From Balanoglossus misakiensis (lineage: Eukaryota > Animalia > Hemichordata), in contig CM082592.2 in NCBI GenBank assembly GCA_040954595.2, forward strand, positions 8,977,677 through 9,041,676: DNA of 64,000 bases, read 5' to 3'. A program made the translations under genes and the position numbers. Every line of letters starts with the position of its first letter. Position 1 is the first letter of the stretch. The notes beneath the pieces are model-generated. The model did not search any database and was not told the DNA's origin. It was given only the letters and a program-made list of their open reading frames with translations. Below, piece by piece: positions 1 through 15,576 of this stretch.

Positions 1-3000
1 ATACACACGGATGGAAGTGGGAATATTTTTGGGGCTCTGGGGATATTGAGGAACTATAATTTGATGTTTTTGAGAAACATTTTTATTTATAACATTGAAT
101 GGGGGAGGAGCTAGGGGAGCCGCATTTGTTGAAAAAATAACTTTGATAGTACGACACCAACCCCAAGGTTGTTGGAGGCGTTATTTTTATCAACAAAGTA
201 TAAGTTGAGTTGTGACAACCTCTCATTGCGCGAACAGAACATCATCAGGAAGGTCATTCACTCATGCAAGTAGTTATGATTGACACCACAACTTTTTAGA
301 TGCACGTAGTTCTAAACCCTACCCTCCATCCCAAATGTTTGACCACAAATCTCCTGTGTCGTCTACGCACCCTCCCCCTCCAGTCCCTCATTTTCATACT
401 GCACACAAATTTCTCCTGATGGAGGCTGGCACTCAAGCAAACCAGAAGGACATATACAAACGCAGAAACCTTTAAAAGTATTAACAATTCCACAGATACC
501 ACTTAACAGCTGCCTGGACAATTTCACATCATCCACTTCAAATATCAAAGTATGTCAATCTGGATTATTATAATGGATGTTCCCTAACGCAGCTATATCT
601 GGCATTTCATACCGTATCATGAAAAGTATGCCAAATATGCAAACATTTGCTTTTGGCGATAACACTTTCGCCTATACGGGATCATCAATCTTAAGAAAAA
701 GATTAAAAAAATAATAATGTCAAGGCTACTGTACTCTCATTTGATACGTTCAACTGTGAAATGTACTTAAAGAAAATATGGAGCCTAATAGCATGAGATA
801 TCAATGTGATATCACAACTATGTATACATTAGAAAGTCAGCTCAGTTATAAACCTTTCACCCAAGAATTTTCAATGATAAATCATTCAGAAAGCATGAAA
901 CTCTTTTTTTTTCTGAGGTCACTGGCATTTGTATCTCGTATGTACTAGCTGTGGTCCATAACAGAAAAGACTTTATCATAACATAAAACATTGAAGACTC
1001 TTTGAAGATATTACAGAAGACCATGCTCACAGAATACGGCCGTCCAAAAACACTTACGAAAGCACACAGTCAGTGCTCTAGACAGAAGTATTCATTACAA
1101 AAGAAGGGAATTATATAAAATATACTTCTTTCAAGCAATCAATTGCTTTTACACAGATTGGTAACTTTACCCCCTGACATTTAGACAATTTTTTTTCTTT
1201 CAAGAACCCTGCCGAGTGTTTCTCTATTATCGTACTTCATTTTCTGATTTTAACTGATTGACATACATGTGGCAGTAGATGTTACCACGGTAACTCTCCC
1301 TTGTAATGTGCTCTGATTACTTTTCAATTTTAGATGGCGGATATTAATTGTCCTCCCAGGGCCCATGGATAACAAATTATCCGGCATCGCTGTCCGCACA
1401 CTCCAGCAGGAAAGATTGAAGCCAGTGACAGGCACCTGGTCAAAGGCAGGCCTATCCCCAAATGCCCAAAGAGAGTCAGACATGGCATGATGGCCAACAC
1501 TGGGAAAATGATTTTGATAAACGAGGGAAAATTATTTTATCTCGCCTTCCCAAGCAGAAGATCAAGAAGAAAATATGTTATTGATCAACGTTGTGAAGAA
1601 AATCCTTGCACTTCAAGCCCACAAAATAAACATGGCAAGAACAGTGGTATATTTAATGAAAGCCGGGAAACGTGATAGTTTTAAAAGGATTCACAGACTT
1701 GCGTGTTTCCTGTATTAACCTCAGACAATGGACAATATTGATGTTCTGTATGTGGTGTGTTATATTCATTTCCCTCATGTCATCAATTTCATTGACGTTA
1801 TTTATAAGTAATAGCTGGATATATTATAATAGGGTTACTTTTAATATACAGCTGTCATGAGAATCGCTCACGGATTCTATTGTAGCTGTCACTGTGTAGA
1901 AATATCAGATTCAGTTTTAAATTTTGTCTGCCTGTCAGGGTTATGATGGCCTTTTTTCACTTTATGTTGTGTGTATTATTATTATTATTATGGAATTTCA
2001 AACTGCATATCAGATGTGTTACTACACACTATAAAATTGTTTTCATTAGGAAGTACTAGCTCTGCTTTATATATGTCAGAAATGGATAAACTAAGATTAT
2101 TACAATAAACAGTTTTGGATACACAGGTTTCATCACACGTCATGTCGCAACCATGAATACACAGTATTTGCACATTCTGATTATTCAATTAAAATGAGAA
2201 TTAACTCTACGTTTATTCCTAATGCAAACATATACATGCCTGACAAATATTACATTTCACAGTGTACACCAGCAATTGTTGAATATAGACAAATATTGGA
2301 ATGGTGACACTTCGTGATATATGGGAACGTGCAGTCATTAAAACATGTTAGCTTTTTGAGTTAGACATGGTTTCGGGCTGACTCATCTAAATTAGAAATT
2401 TCAGAAAGATAATTTCAGAGGGGAGCAGGTTACGTAGGAGATTGTACAATAATATTGAATGCACAGGTGTGATTAATTTAATAGTTCAGAATTTTTTATT
2501 TCAAATTTATGCATTTATGCAAACCAGCAGGAGGTGACCACATATCACCCTTGTATAGTCATACATGAGGTCAGGTAAAAGGTCACCAGGGCATCAGAAG
2601 TTCATATAAATTTACTCTCATTTTTATTGATCAGTATCATTCACGGAGGAAGCGACAATAAAATGAGCTAAAAGGAGCAAACTCTCTTTCTGTGTTCATA
2701 AAAGAAATGCTTTCAGGCAGTAAAACCAATTTAACGACAGATCTTCCCAACAAAAGAAGAGGAGATCTTAATTTTCATTACACGGAATTGTCTCTGTGAT
2801 AAAATGAATGGGAGAATATAGACAATATGCTAGATGCCAAAAACATTACAGTTCTGTTGGCTGTATCACCATGGTAACAAAGAAATGGGTATGTTAGCCA
2901 TGAGTGCCTTAGACACAAAGGTCATCGACCCTTCCATATATTCACAGTCAATTCCTGACATATTTCAGGAAAATTTACCCAGTTTCAATATTGGCATTTG

Positions 3001-3422
3001 GCTGTTTTTGCTACCAAATGAAAATTCTTCCATGTTTTCACTTGATAGGATGAGAAACATATCCTTAAAAACATATCCTTATTATGACAACAGCTGCATT
3101 TATATTCCATAAACGAAATAACCAATCAAGTGATGAAAAGTGTGCTTTTCTCTGTGAAAACCAAGCCAACATGCATACTATACCCAATACAGATGTGCAT
3201 ATTGTGATTCAAAATCTATAATTTTTATACCGCTTTTTGACCAGGACATGCCATTCTGATTCAAAAAGGTGGTGCTATCTGACAGAGAAATGAGAAAAGC
3301 CGGCAGCACCGCAGTCATAGCCCCTGAAAAGTGATGTGAGCCTCAGAACAAAGATGCAGAAGTGGATACAGGAAAAGGCAATTGTGTGTCTGTTAGCATC
3401 TGCTGTTGCCTTGACTACTCAC

Positions 3423-3605
3423 CCTCCCCTGGTATGCCGGCCTGCCTGTTGCCAGTAAGCGTGCCTCCTGCCGGAGTCTTTCCTGTGTTGATGAAGCATG
3501 GCATGAAAGCAGGTGTGACAATGGAATGGGTGGATCTGAACCCTGGGGGACGGCAGGCGTGTGGGAGAATGGTGCCAACTGTCTTGTCCTGTAACTTATA
3601 CTCAA
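3423..3605 (-). CDS. Probable further (possibly cassette) exon of the RIMBP-like gene
   Basis: Pyrimidine-rich acceptor ending ccgacag, 183 nt open in phase 0 (LSISYRTRQLAP...GRPAYQGR), and a gtgagt donor. Phase matches the upstream exons, but there is no recognisable homology. Confidence 0.45.
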
Positions 3606-4441
3606 CTGTCGGACAATGAACAACAAGACCGGGCGACCAATACAGCCTTACAAACTTTTCTTTTTCATGTTCAAATAAGTAGCGTGGTAACACTTTTAAA
3701 TGAATATTCCTCATATCAATACAGCAAAACACATCAGACGAGAGAAGATAGACCACTGTGAAGATCGTTCCAACCTTTGTGTAGAGTTTGAACGATGCAG
3801 GCGATGAGTGAGAGAGAGACTGAAAAAGACAACCTTCAGACTATTGACACCCAACAATAACAGAAGGGGAGCTGTACAATACAAGTACCAGATGCTACCA
3901 CCAGAAAAGAAAGAAACTATAATTTCAGTGACATCTCAAGGTACCAAGAGAACACCTGGAATCGTACACGGTTAATGGTATTTCTCAGAAATCCATTTGC
4001 AGTCAGAGGTGAAAAGTCACAGGTCTTTACAGAGGTTTTGGAAGTCTACGAGTGTTACACTTTCGCATGCAGTTTACCAGTACAGTTTGAAGACTCATGC
4101 AAAATTAAGTCACAATGTACCATGGTTTCGTGTGAAAAGATGTCTGTATTTAGAGTCCCAGAAAAGTTTAGTGCACTGACACTTCATGTACAGGAAACTG
4201 AAGGAAATAATCCCACATAACATTTTGCCAACTGTGACAGCAACAATAAAAAGAATAGGTTTCTGCATGCACGTATGGCTTGACTGACGCGCGATATTGG
4301 CTGCTCTAACAGATAGCGCCCTCATAGGTGAATTTGTCGGCTTATAACTCGCATTTCTGTGAAAAACAGCGCTTATGAAAAGCTGAACCATTTCCCCAAA
4401 TTGACCAAGTGAGGGCAGCATTGCAACCAACGGCAACTTAC

Positions 4442-7400
4442 CCCGATTCCAGTGGAGATCTGTCTCTGAAGGCGGAGTTGTTCCTTGGCATGTTGTTTGA
4501 CTATGCTTTCCAGTTGTGCTCGGTCAGTGAACAATTGACTATTCTGTGGGACAAATTGGAAAAGATCATTCCATTCCATAGGTGTTTATTCAATTACATA
4601 CAAATCAAAGTAAATATGTGAACCATGAAGTCATTTTCAGTCGATCAGATCTTCAATTCCCCCTCACCCCCCAAAAAAATGTTTGTGAACGATATTGTAA
4701 TTCCTGTCAATTTCCTTCATTCCACTCACCTCTACATTGGGATCCGGTTGACTGACTTTGAGTTTGGTCACTTCCCTCTTCAGTTCATCAATCTCCTTGT
4801 CTTTCGTCAGCACCTTCTGGGCGTGGTCGGCTAAATCCTTCGCCCTTTGCCGAGCAAACACCTTCTTGTAGTGGTCGATGTCCTGGGACAGCCCAGGGCT
4901 CCCTTCCTTGGATTTCTGCAGGAAGAGAGTGGAAATCAGTGATGTCATACTCAAAAATCAGTGATGTCACCATAAAATTATGTTGACAACAACTCTTCCA
5001 TGGTACATCTACTACAAATGACTTTGATTTTTGGCTTTTCTGTAAATGTTGTAAAATCTCACAAAACCACATCCAGTGATTAAAAAGAGTAGGTGATTAC
5101 ATACAAAATAACTTGTTTCATGACATAAAATTATGAAGTCTTTATTTAATAATGAAATGAAACAGTGGTAAAAAAGGTGAAAAGAAGTTTTAATATTTTA
5201 ACATTTTATTTGGGTTTGCCTGCAAAAAAGAGTACCGTAGCAGACATATATGGAACACAGATGGAAGTGTCCTCAAATGACCCCAACTGTGACTGTCAAA
5301 ATGTCTGACTTGTTATTAGTGAAAATGACAGTTTATATAAAAATACAGAAGAACTGATGGATGCTTTATTGAAAAGAATTAAGATTGTGATTTACTGGAG
5401 CCTAAAGATCTGTTAAAAGATAATAATACAGTGAATCTTTTTTGTGCATATTGCTTGTTCTATTTATCAAATTTCTTATAGATCATGATGTTTACTTCTG
5501 AAACAGGTCTTTTCATAAAGCCATGACGTCATGCGTCAACCATAAAATACAGTATAAAGTCACTGTGGTTTTGCGACTGGTTGATGTGTTTCCTGTTGAC
5601 GATTACTGGCTGGAGGTTGCAGCGACATCACTCAAACTCTGACCACAACCGAGGCCCAGCCTAGTGTTCACATGTGAAACACATAGGCACTCTATATGAA
5701 ATGACATCTAATGCAACAATATTGTTACACAGCAAATCACTGGCAAAACTTGCAAAAAGACAGACACACAAAAAGCAAGCAGTTGGGAAGCACAATTAAG
5801 CCACGGTGATCATGTGCAAACAAAAACCACATTATTTCATTCATATTTCGTTTTCACAGACATCAAAAACTCTATAGTACTGATCTATACCTGAATTTTT
5901 TCATACTTACAATATAGAACAAGGGAAGACTAACATTTACCGAGATGAGAATAGTGAGCCCTAAATACATTGTAATTATCAATTTCAAATTTGACAGGCA
6001 GTAGGCAGATGATTATTTGTTCAGTGGACATAAAGTATATATTGTAAATTGTATGGCGGTGGATAGTTTAAGGTGATTGATTATTTTGGCGTGGATGTGG
6101 AACAGCTGGCATATATTAGGCTGTATAAGCCGGGTCGCATGCTGTGTGTTATTTTCAGGCTGAAACTAAGTCTAATATTTGCAAGCAGACTTTCTAAATA
6201 AGGGGCACCTGGATGTGTGTCTGTGTGGGTTGCCACAATGGAAATATAATGTGCAAAGCTGCCATCTGTTTTGTGATGTTTTTATATATCATATTTGTTT
6301 AATAATATCTGTTCTCATTTAGTAAAATATCACGAAATATGTTTTGCTGGGAGGGCAAGATCTCTTTGGTTACTGGTAGTCCTCAGACCAATGTCGGCCA
6401 TCAGACCACCAGTGTCAGTTGTCGAGCCACCACACATCAGTGGTCAGGACACTGTCAATCAGAAAGTGACCTTCAGGATATGTTTTTTTAGTTGAACACT
6501 GATCACGTTCATAGACAAATGTGGTCCATTTAATGATTTATCAGGGCGTTTGTAAGAAATTTAAATTTTGTGTTTATCCCTATTTGTTTAGATTCTTTGA
6601 AAAGATCTTGAAACTTGTTCTGTGCTGGACCAGTTCACTGTGCTTAAAAGGGGGAGTTCACCCACTCACCTGGTTAACAGACATGTGAGAATGACGAGTT
6701 ACATGTAATATTAGCGCGGACTTAGTCTATGTATACGTACGGAATACGAATACATGTAACCGGAATGACGGTTCGTGCTGACATTCCCATACGTCCAGCA
6801 GGAACAAGATGTTTGAAGTTTGTCCGGGGTTTAAGACTGTTGCTAAAATTAGACAGATTACATGTACCAGTTCCTGTGCAAACACACAGGCGCTGGAGGG
6901 ATATCTGTAAAGGTTGATAGCCATAGGCATGGCAACAGGCGTATTTGCATTGCAAAACTGTGTGGAAGTTCATGAGTGTGTTAATTCAGGTGTGTGTGTG
7001 AAACAGGGGGCTCCACAGTGGGAGCGAAAACCGAGCAGCCCTGCATGTTGGGATGCTGAGAGAGTTCAAGAGAGGAGGTGACCCATTTGCGGGAGAATGC
7101 TGCAACGTACCTGTGGGGTGTCGGGCTGAAAGAGCTGCAGTATTAAATCCATTGCTGCAAATGCTTCTGCAGGCTACACCAGCAGTAAACTAAGAACCTT
7201 CATTACTAGGGGAGTGGAGTTCGGTGGGCATCAAGTGCCTTACATAACGACTTAACCAAGTCTCAGCTTTTACAAGTGGGTGTCAGACAACAGCTACATG
7301 GTTGTTCGGGGACCATCGAAGAACACCACATATACACACACAGACAGATCACTCAAGATACGTGTTTGTGTCCATGTGAACTGTGAAGGAATTTGCATGA

Positions 7401-10400
7401 CACCCTCACGAGTCCATGGCACAGTGTATTGTGCCGCGGTTCTCTCAAGACAATAGGTGCATGCCATTCTCTTTGTATCGAATGCAGAAATAATTGATTT
7501 TTCCGCCACGAAAGCATCAGTGTCCACAGATTAGCGGGTAAATGACCAACGCTATGTTTACATCAACAAAACACAGCCGAGTTTGCGTTTTGTCTACTCC
7601 GTTCTCTGGGACTAAAAGTTCGTAAACACAAGTGTCTTGTCAGTTTGGGGTTCTTAACAAGGGGAGAGTTTACTAAAATTGTACTATCAAATTATGTTCT
7701 CGCAGAAACCACGACCTTGTGTGGATCTAGCCACCCTAATCTACAAATGGAACAGTTTGTGTATATACACTGCTTTGTAAATAGTTCCCTTTCATTACTC
7801 CATTAAAATCCAATGACATCAATAACTAATTCCTTAGGGACATAGCCTTGCTGACAGGGCCAATCAGGCTCTGGGTCACAGTTGTATAATAAATCTATGG
7901 AACTCTTACATGTAACAATTTCACTAACAGTACATCTGTACTGTTTGATATGATATGATATTATCATAAATGTTACATCTAGAGGAAAGTTATAATTACA
8001 CTATTTTGGTGCTTTGACTGATTTTTGGAAGGTGCTAACGAAGTTGTTTAATGCTATGAGATGTTAATATTCATGAAGTCGAAGTTCATATTATATGATA
8101 TTACGATGCATTATAGTCATGTTTTACATGATACCACTGGTCCTATTTCAGATACAGGGAGTTTGACACTCCCTGGAATAAATGGAAAAGTATATAATCA
8201 AGGATACATTTTAATGATGATGTCATAGTGAAAACTTTGTTAGTATTAAAACTCTTACTGAGGGTAGAGCCTGCGTTTTACACAGAGACACAGGGTGGCA
8301 ATAGTTATACTTGGACGGACGGGAAAGCGCACACAGAACATAGCTGAGCCACACACACAGTTGTCTTACCACTCTCATGTTTTGTTGCTGTAAGGCTTTT
8401 GCCTTCTCTTCCAGCTGCCTGGCTATGGTTGCTAGCTCAGCGTTTCGTTTCTTTAGTTTGTTGATCTTATCCTCGGCGGGCTTATGATTGCTTTCTAGTT
8501 GCTCTTGTTTCTTTTTCTGGGAGAAACACAGTCATTATCCAGTTTCCATCGTCACACTTTTCTCGTTTCATTTATTTTCTCAGTTTCTATGTCTACTTCT
8601 TTTTATTACAATAACTGGGGAAATGGATGATGAGGGGGTCTGGTTGTCTTATGACCTATAGAGGGCGGTAGGCATGCATGCATGAGTGAATCCCCGAGCT
8701 AATGATGCAAAAACCAGGGCTTCCTCTGTCAGCAGTAGCAAAAAACAGATACCTGAATAAATGTATGCAAGCGGCAAGATTCTTTCAATGTATGCGAGCA
8801 GCGAAACTTTCAAATTTAGATACAGCGACAGTCTTTTTCATTTGTCGTTAAGCTTGTCACCAACTTCAATAACAGAAGGAAGCCCTGTTTAGCAAACCCC
8901 ACCACATACAATGAAAACACCCAGTGCATTTCTTGCATGCGCTAGGTATGATCATGACATGTCACCCCAAAAAGTGTGCTCAGATAATGATCCATAAATT
9001 CGGATGAAAGCGCTCATCTTAAAATGAAGTATAAATGTATACACCAGCTCTTAAAATAACAAGCAAATTTCACGACACTCTCTCATAGCAGCACACACCT
9101 AATACCACATGTCACCTGACAGATCATGCATTACACACAGCGTTAGGAGCACATGGTTGTGTGTCTCACGCTTGACTGATACCATGGATATGTGCTGAGA
9201 GTTTTGGGTGGGGTTGGGGCTTTATATACAGGGTGCAGTTTGAATTGCTTATGATTTACCATGGTGCATTTTGTGGCGTTGGTGTGAACATGCAATGACG
9301 GATAAAGTACAATTATGCGAAGGAAAAAATACCTGAAACAAAAATAATGCAATCATGCAACCCTCAACATAAACACCTTCTCCCTTGCACCAGCCAACAT
9401 AACTTTTAGTCCCCGTCCTGCAGATACATGCACTGAAACCAGACTTGAATTTATCAGCATTTCAGGAACAAATATTTTTCTATATTAAAAATGTTGTTGT
9501 TTTGTTTTGATTCTTTACATCTGCACTAGCATAACTTCCATTCATCACACCGAATTCTAGATACATGTACTACTTTCTAATTTACAGCAAGAATTACAAG
9601 CTTTATATGACAGTTTACATTTCTGCCAGATTTTTATTTACTAGCTTAAGATTATTGCTATAGCTAGCTTTAAATTAGCTACAATCTAATTATATTTTAG
9701 TGACAATTAACTATTAACAATTCATTAACAACATCTACCAGGACTACAATAACTACCGCCAGCAACTAGATGTATCAGTAACTACTGGTAGTGCTACAGA
9801 TACACAAAGTGCAGTGACAGCTTTCTAAGTGTTGTTGACGCTGGGGCCCACTGTGAAAACCACAACTTCTCTGGCAGTTCCACTTCCTATTAAAATCAGC
9901 GTTTACTAGATAATGAATTCATTTATACAGCCCAACTTACCAGAGTCTCATTGTCAGTTTTCAGAGCAGAAACCCTCTTCTCCAATCTCTGGACGTGAGA
10001 CTGCAATTCACTGTTCTTGCGCAGAAGACTCTTCTCTTTTTCTTCGTAAATCTTTTTGGTCTGAAAAAAAGTTGGAGAAAAGACCTCATTAGACTGTTGT
10101 AGAATATCAATCAATCCCTTAAGTTTCTCACCAATGGGCGCAATGTATATTTAATAGCCAACACTTCTGAGATGTCTGTATCTTGGAAGTGGTGTAGTGA
10201 ATACATGTATACAGACAAATGCTTTGCATGCTGGGAATTGCAATGCATCATGGTCCCTCAATCTCTGCATGCAATTTCCAACCCCTGTCAACCCCAAATT
10301 TCCAAACCATCGCTATAATATCTGTGGCACAGTTACACCTCTTGTACAATTACATGTACAGAAACCTGCCACACAAAACTAGGGGTTCTTTTCAATTTTA

Positions 10401-13400
10401 CGTGATGAGACGATAGCGGTTGTCAGGTCTCAGAACAACAAAAGGCCCCGATGCGAACATGTACGTCATTCAGTTTTTATGCCGTATACAAATCCAGGAT
10501 GTGCATTACTTTTTATCTGCAATTGAAATCAGTGTCACATATTGTAAGCACACTCACAAAATATGCACACAGACTATTCAATGCACCGTGCTGATGATAA
10601 CGCATTTAGTTTTGATCGAGAGATACTTGCATAGCAATGAAAACAGTTTGTAATAGTGAACCTCTTTGACTCAAGCACGTTTTCAAAGGACTACAACAAA
10701 GAAAAGAGAAAACCTTGAACAAGCTTGTCACCTGTACACAATTTCCTGATAGATGAGCATAAAATTGTGTCAACTCTTCGGGGGAGCAATTAGAACTGTC
10801 AGTTTTATATCCAGAAGGTTTATAGTTTAAATCCTGCCATCGTAATAAAATTCTGAAGCACGGTTTGCGGACTTTACAGATTACCATTTAGTAACTTAAC
10901 AGATTACCAAAGTAAGGCTGGAGGCTTGTTTATCAATTGTCTAGCATGCTATTCGACAGTGACGCAACAGTGTATGAAATTAATCAATTCAATTAAACCC
11001 TTCAGCAGTACAGGCGCAACATACAGCTACCATCGTATGAAATTAAAAGATTGCTTCCATTCCCTTACACTTAACATTTCACTCGGTCTGGTAGACCATG
11101 GTCACCAACTTAATTGTTCTCTAAACAGTAAAATTTGACCACATAGAGAACGGGTCGAAATCATTTACATGGATATTGATGACTATCCTTGAAATGTATC
11201 AACATTCAAAATGACATGTTTTTTACTGGTATCATTGACGTCATTACATAATGATTTATGTGATGTATTAATTACTTCAGACTCAAACTTCAAGTTTACA
11301 TTGTCAACATACATGGATGCACATGTACCGTGTTCAGAAAGACATCTGACAGACTCTAATGAAGTTCACAGTATCAAATCTGGGATCATGATTAGAGGAT
11401 TATGGTAATCACTTATTCGCTGGATGGGACAGAAGATGAATTGAAACTTCTTATTATAACAACACTGGCTGTACACACTAAGGTTTGGCATTTCAGCATA
11501 CATGTTTGCATTTTGATGGAAAAAACAAGGAACTATTGCAGTTGTCATAAAGTACAGAACAAAATTATTGGGAGAAAAACAATTCAAATTTTTCCGTCAT
11601 TATTTTTTCAGCCGTTGCTATCATTAAGATGCTTGTGTAAGAGCCACAAGTGGATATACTTCAGTTTAAGTATTAAAGCTGTCATGTTTAAACTAACAGC
11701 ATGACCATTTTGAACACTTCCCAGCAAACCACATACACCACATCTACATGATATATTTTTTCCGATGATGTCATACATTCCTTGCACAAAAGAGTATGTA
11801 CTATACACATCTGTTGGTTTCAGCATCTTTTCACATGTATGCAATGATGTGTGCACAGCAGTAAATTTTGGTTTCACAAACAAACACAAAGATATAATTG
11901 ATTAAATAGGTTGCATGTATTGAGTTTTGCATCAAAGACTGAATTTTGAAAATGATCCAGGTACTCCAAAAATGGATTAAGAATTCCTCAATATGTTCTA
12001 CCTTGTATGGAAATGCTCTAATGTCTCGGGAAGAAGATACTAAGGAAGTCAATACAGAATTTAAAATGTCGATAGAGTTTGAATAATCAAATTCCATAAT
12101 AAAAGATTTACAATTGTCAACCCTGATTTGTTTCAAGTTATATTTTATGCCAATAGTATAAAGTTAGATCATTGGAGTTTATACAGAAAGGATTATGACT
12201 TCGACTTTTGGGGTCTGTGTACACCTACTGCGTATACTGAAATTCTGCAACTCAGCACAAAATTTAAATCGTTTATTACATGCATCTGTGTAAACGAGGC
12301 ATTATATCAGTATGGCTCAATCATTGTTGGGATCTCATAAAACTACGTCAGTAATATTCACAGCTTATCGTATAATGTCATAAGGTTGGAGTACCAAGAC
12401 AGGTCATGTGAATTTATGCAAGCGTAGGATTACGATGATTATACATGGAGTGTCATCCTGCCTTTGAAATGTTGAATATTTGTTGAATATTACAAAGAGA
12501 TAATTGACAAAACAAATAATAATTAATAAATAAACTTCCTTATAATTATTTAGAATGAGTCACACATGGACACACCCTTGAATGTCAACTTAATATGATA
12601 AACATATTTTTAAAATAAATAAAAATAACATTACAATAACATAGTTTTAGTCGCATTAGATTGATTCTGTTATAAGTATTTCAATTAATTTCATTCACAC
12701 ACATATTTTCAATGTAGTTTTTGACATAACAGATGCTCAGAAATAAACCTCTGGTATATAAAATGAGAGAGTTTTTATCAAAACTTTACAGCATGACACA
12801 ATTGTCATCTGTCAAGTTTTTACTATATATGCAACTCATCATATCACACACTATTCACAAAGGCATAAACTTTATTACATATTTCATAATGACTGCTTCA
12901 TCATATTTTTCTCTAATATTATATGACACTTTATAACAGGTTCTCATAACTACGCCTGTGTCCTTTTAACAATTATTAACAGAAATGCAACACGACTATA
13001 TTTGATTACACAATCCCTTTTTTGATTCAATTATAATCCGAGTGCGTGACACAGTTTACTCATTATCACCCGGGGGAATTTCAAATGAGAAATGTAATTA
13101 AACTCTCGTTAAGATGAATACTGACGCTTCAATTTGATCTTTTTTTTCTCCTTGTCAATTATACTGTCTGAAGTTGCATCAAAACTGAATTGTGTGCGAT
13201 ACAGTGTGATATTCAGGTTAGGGTAGTCAGAGAACAGCAACAGGTTGGAGAACGCTGACAGAACCACGCCATATGGTTTTAATTATGACCTTCTAAATAA
13301 CAACCACGATATGTTTACTGGTGCTCCGACATTTTTAGATAAATTTGCTTCCAGATGCAACAAAAACTGAAGTTTTAATAATATCATTGGTATAGTAGTG

Positions 13401-15543
13401 ATAATTTTTTTACCAAAAACTTGAAGTTTTTTATTGGTGAAGGAATTCTCTTTTGAAATCGGTATAAACATGGATATATTTAGCTTTATCAGCGATACAC
13501 ACGGTAGCCAGTAGATACCAATGAATAGGCATTTGATAATCATCACTGCAAACTGACAGTTCTATCAAAGCGTGAGAATACTGACAATTACAGGATTAAT
13601 ATTTTTTCAGGCAACCGACACAAAACCAGTACGATGACATTAGAAATTTCACAGAACCTACCTGGTAGAGGTGTATATTTTGGTAAAAGCGCTGTATATC
13701 ATGGTTATCCATTTTGGGTATGTTTCTATCATTTGCATACATGGTGTGAACGTCCAATTATTCTCTTTTTTCTCTCTCCTAAACTACACAACTTTGCCGG
13801 GCTACAAAATTACAGTCCTACATCTACGATGTCTACGGTAAAGTTGTGGAATTTCCGATCCAGCGCGTTTTCACGGAGGCATGATTTCCCTTTTTTCCTT
13901 TCAGCTGGTCGATGACGACATAGTTTTCCAAAATGTTATCCGGCGTATCACGACACACTGGCAGAGGACAAACATGTTGGGGGACTAGTATCAGCGTCAA
14001 CCGCCTGACTCACACTGTACGTACATTCTATTATTATTCTAATATATGCAGATTTTCTGTAACATATGTTCCGAAATGAGCTCAGGCCCAGAAAGAGGCC
14101 AGTAACATATGCTGGTAGGCATCTCACCCTGACACTGTGTGGTACAGTTAACCAACGAAACGAGCATTTACATTAATTTGCCAAAATATGACATATAGTT
14201 TTTACCCAACAGGCATATCACCATGCCAACGAAAATTCTATGCCAACAAAAATTCTATCATACATGCATACGTGTATTTTGGTATGACCCTCACTGTATA
14301 ATAAACTGTGCTATTTTAGATTCTTTTCATATTTAAATTTTTTATCACAATTTCGGACTGCTGCACATCTGATGATGTGGTGATCCCCAGAACACTGCAG
14401 TTTCTGTGTGCTGGGCAAATGCAAGTGCAAAAGTGATTGTCTACATGAAATAATATTTATAATCTTGTTCCTGCATTAAGTTAATAATGATAAAAATCAT
14501 GCATGCCGGCAGGTAACCAAATCAAAAGAATTTTATTATCATTGCCAACCTTTTTGCATTAAAAGAGCACTTCATGTTTTCTTCCTTCGAAAACTGACTT
14601 GGCTAACAAAGAATACCTGGGAAAATTTTCTCTTGAGTTCAGACTACACATAAAAGAAGACTGCACAAACAGTGCTCATTTTTGCTGAATGTTGCAGAAC
14701 ATTGCTTTTGAGATGAAAGCGCCCTCTAGTGGCGCACACTGCATGTATGGATCCGAGGTTGCGGCAATGAGAATTTCAGACACAAGAGTGATGATACCAG
14801 TCACTATGGCAACAAGAAAGCACCATCAAAATTGTCGTTGAATTCATTCATTTATTTCACTCATCAATCCGCACAATAAAGACACTGAGTTTGATTTCTA
14901 TGCTGTAGAGGAAATGGGCTTGGTTAGGAAGAGCATAATTTGGGTCAATTAGATGTTTTGTTAAAAATGAACAAACTTGAATTCCATTGCTGTAAACAGA
15001 GTGTCTATGCCAATTTTTTGACTGAAGTAGAATAAAACAATCCTCTCTATATAAAGAATCTTATGTTAATTTTACAACAAAGAATTGCATGGCAATTTTT
15101 GTTGGATTATTGGATTGTTGTTTTTTACATGATGGGAAAAAGATAAACCAGCCCCTAGCATGCACTTTGGCACTCAGAGACAATCCTAGTTTGATCTGTG
15201 ATCTGCTTGATTGCCGGAGCAGAGAGTGAGAGAGAAAGGTCTAGCCCAGAGAAGAGGCCACACAATTGTTGCTGGATGGATTGGCTGCGACAATAGCAGC
15301 ATGCTAGGAGATCGTGATAGTCTAGGTTACAATCGTACCAACACTGGAATGTCACTTCAAACTCTGTTGACATCTTTTATTCAACTCCACTTCAACCGTG
15401 TCACCCACAGTGAACTCTGTGAAACTTATTCTATACATGTACAAATGAAATTGTCAAAGATGCACGGTGTATTCTGTCTGTTCCTGTCTCTCTTTCTTGC
15501 TGTCTGTGTCCAGTGTCTGTCTGTGTGACTGTCATTGTCTCTG

Positions 15544-15576
<33 letters not shown>

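Noticed and set aside
296-1483. Short minus-strand ORFs as further RIMBP exons
   Set aside because: No convincing pair of splice sites and no family similarity.
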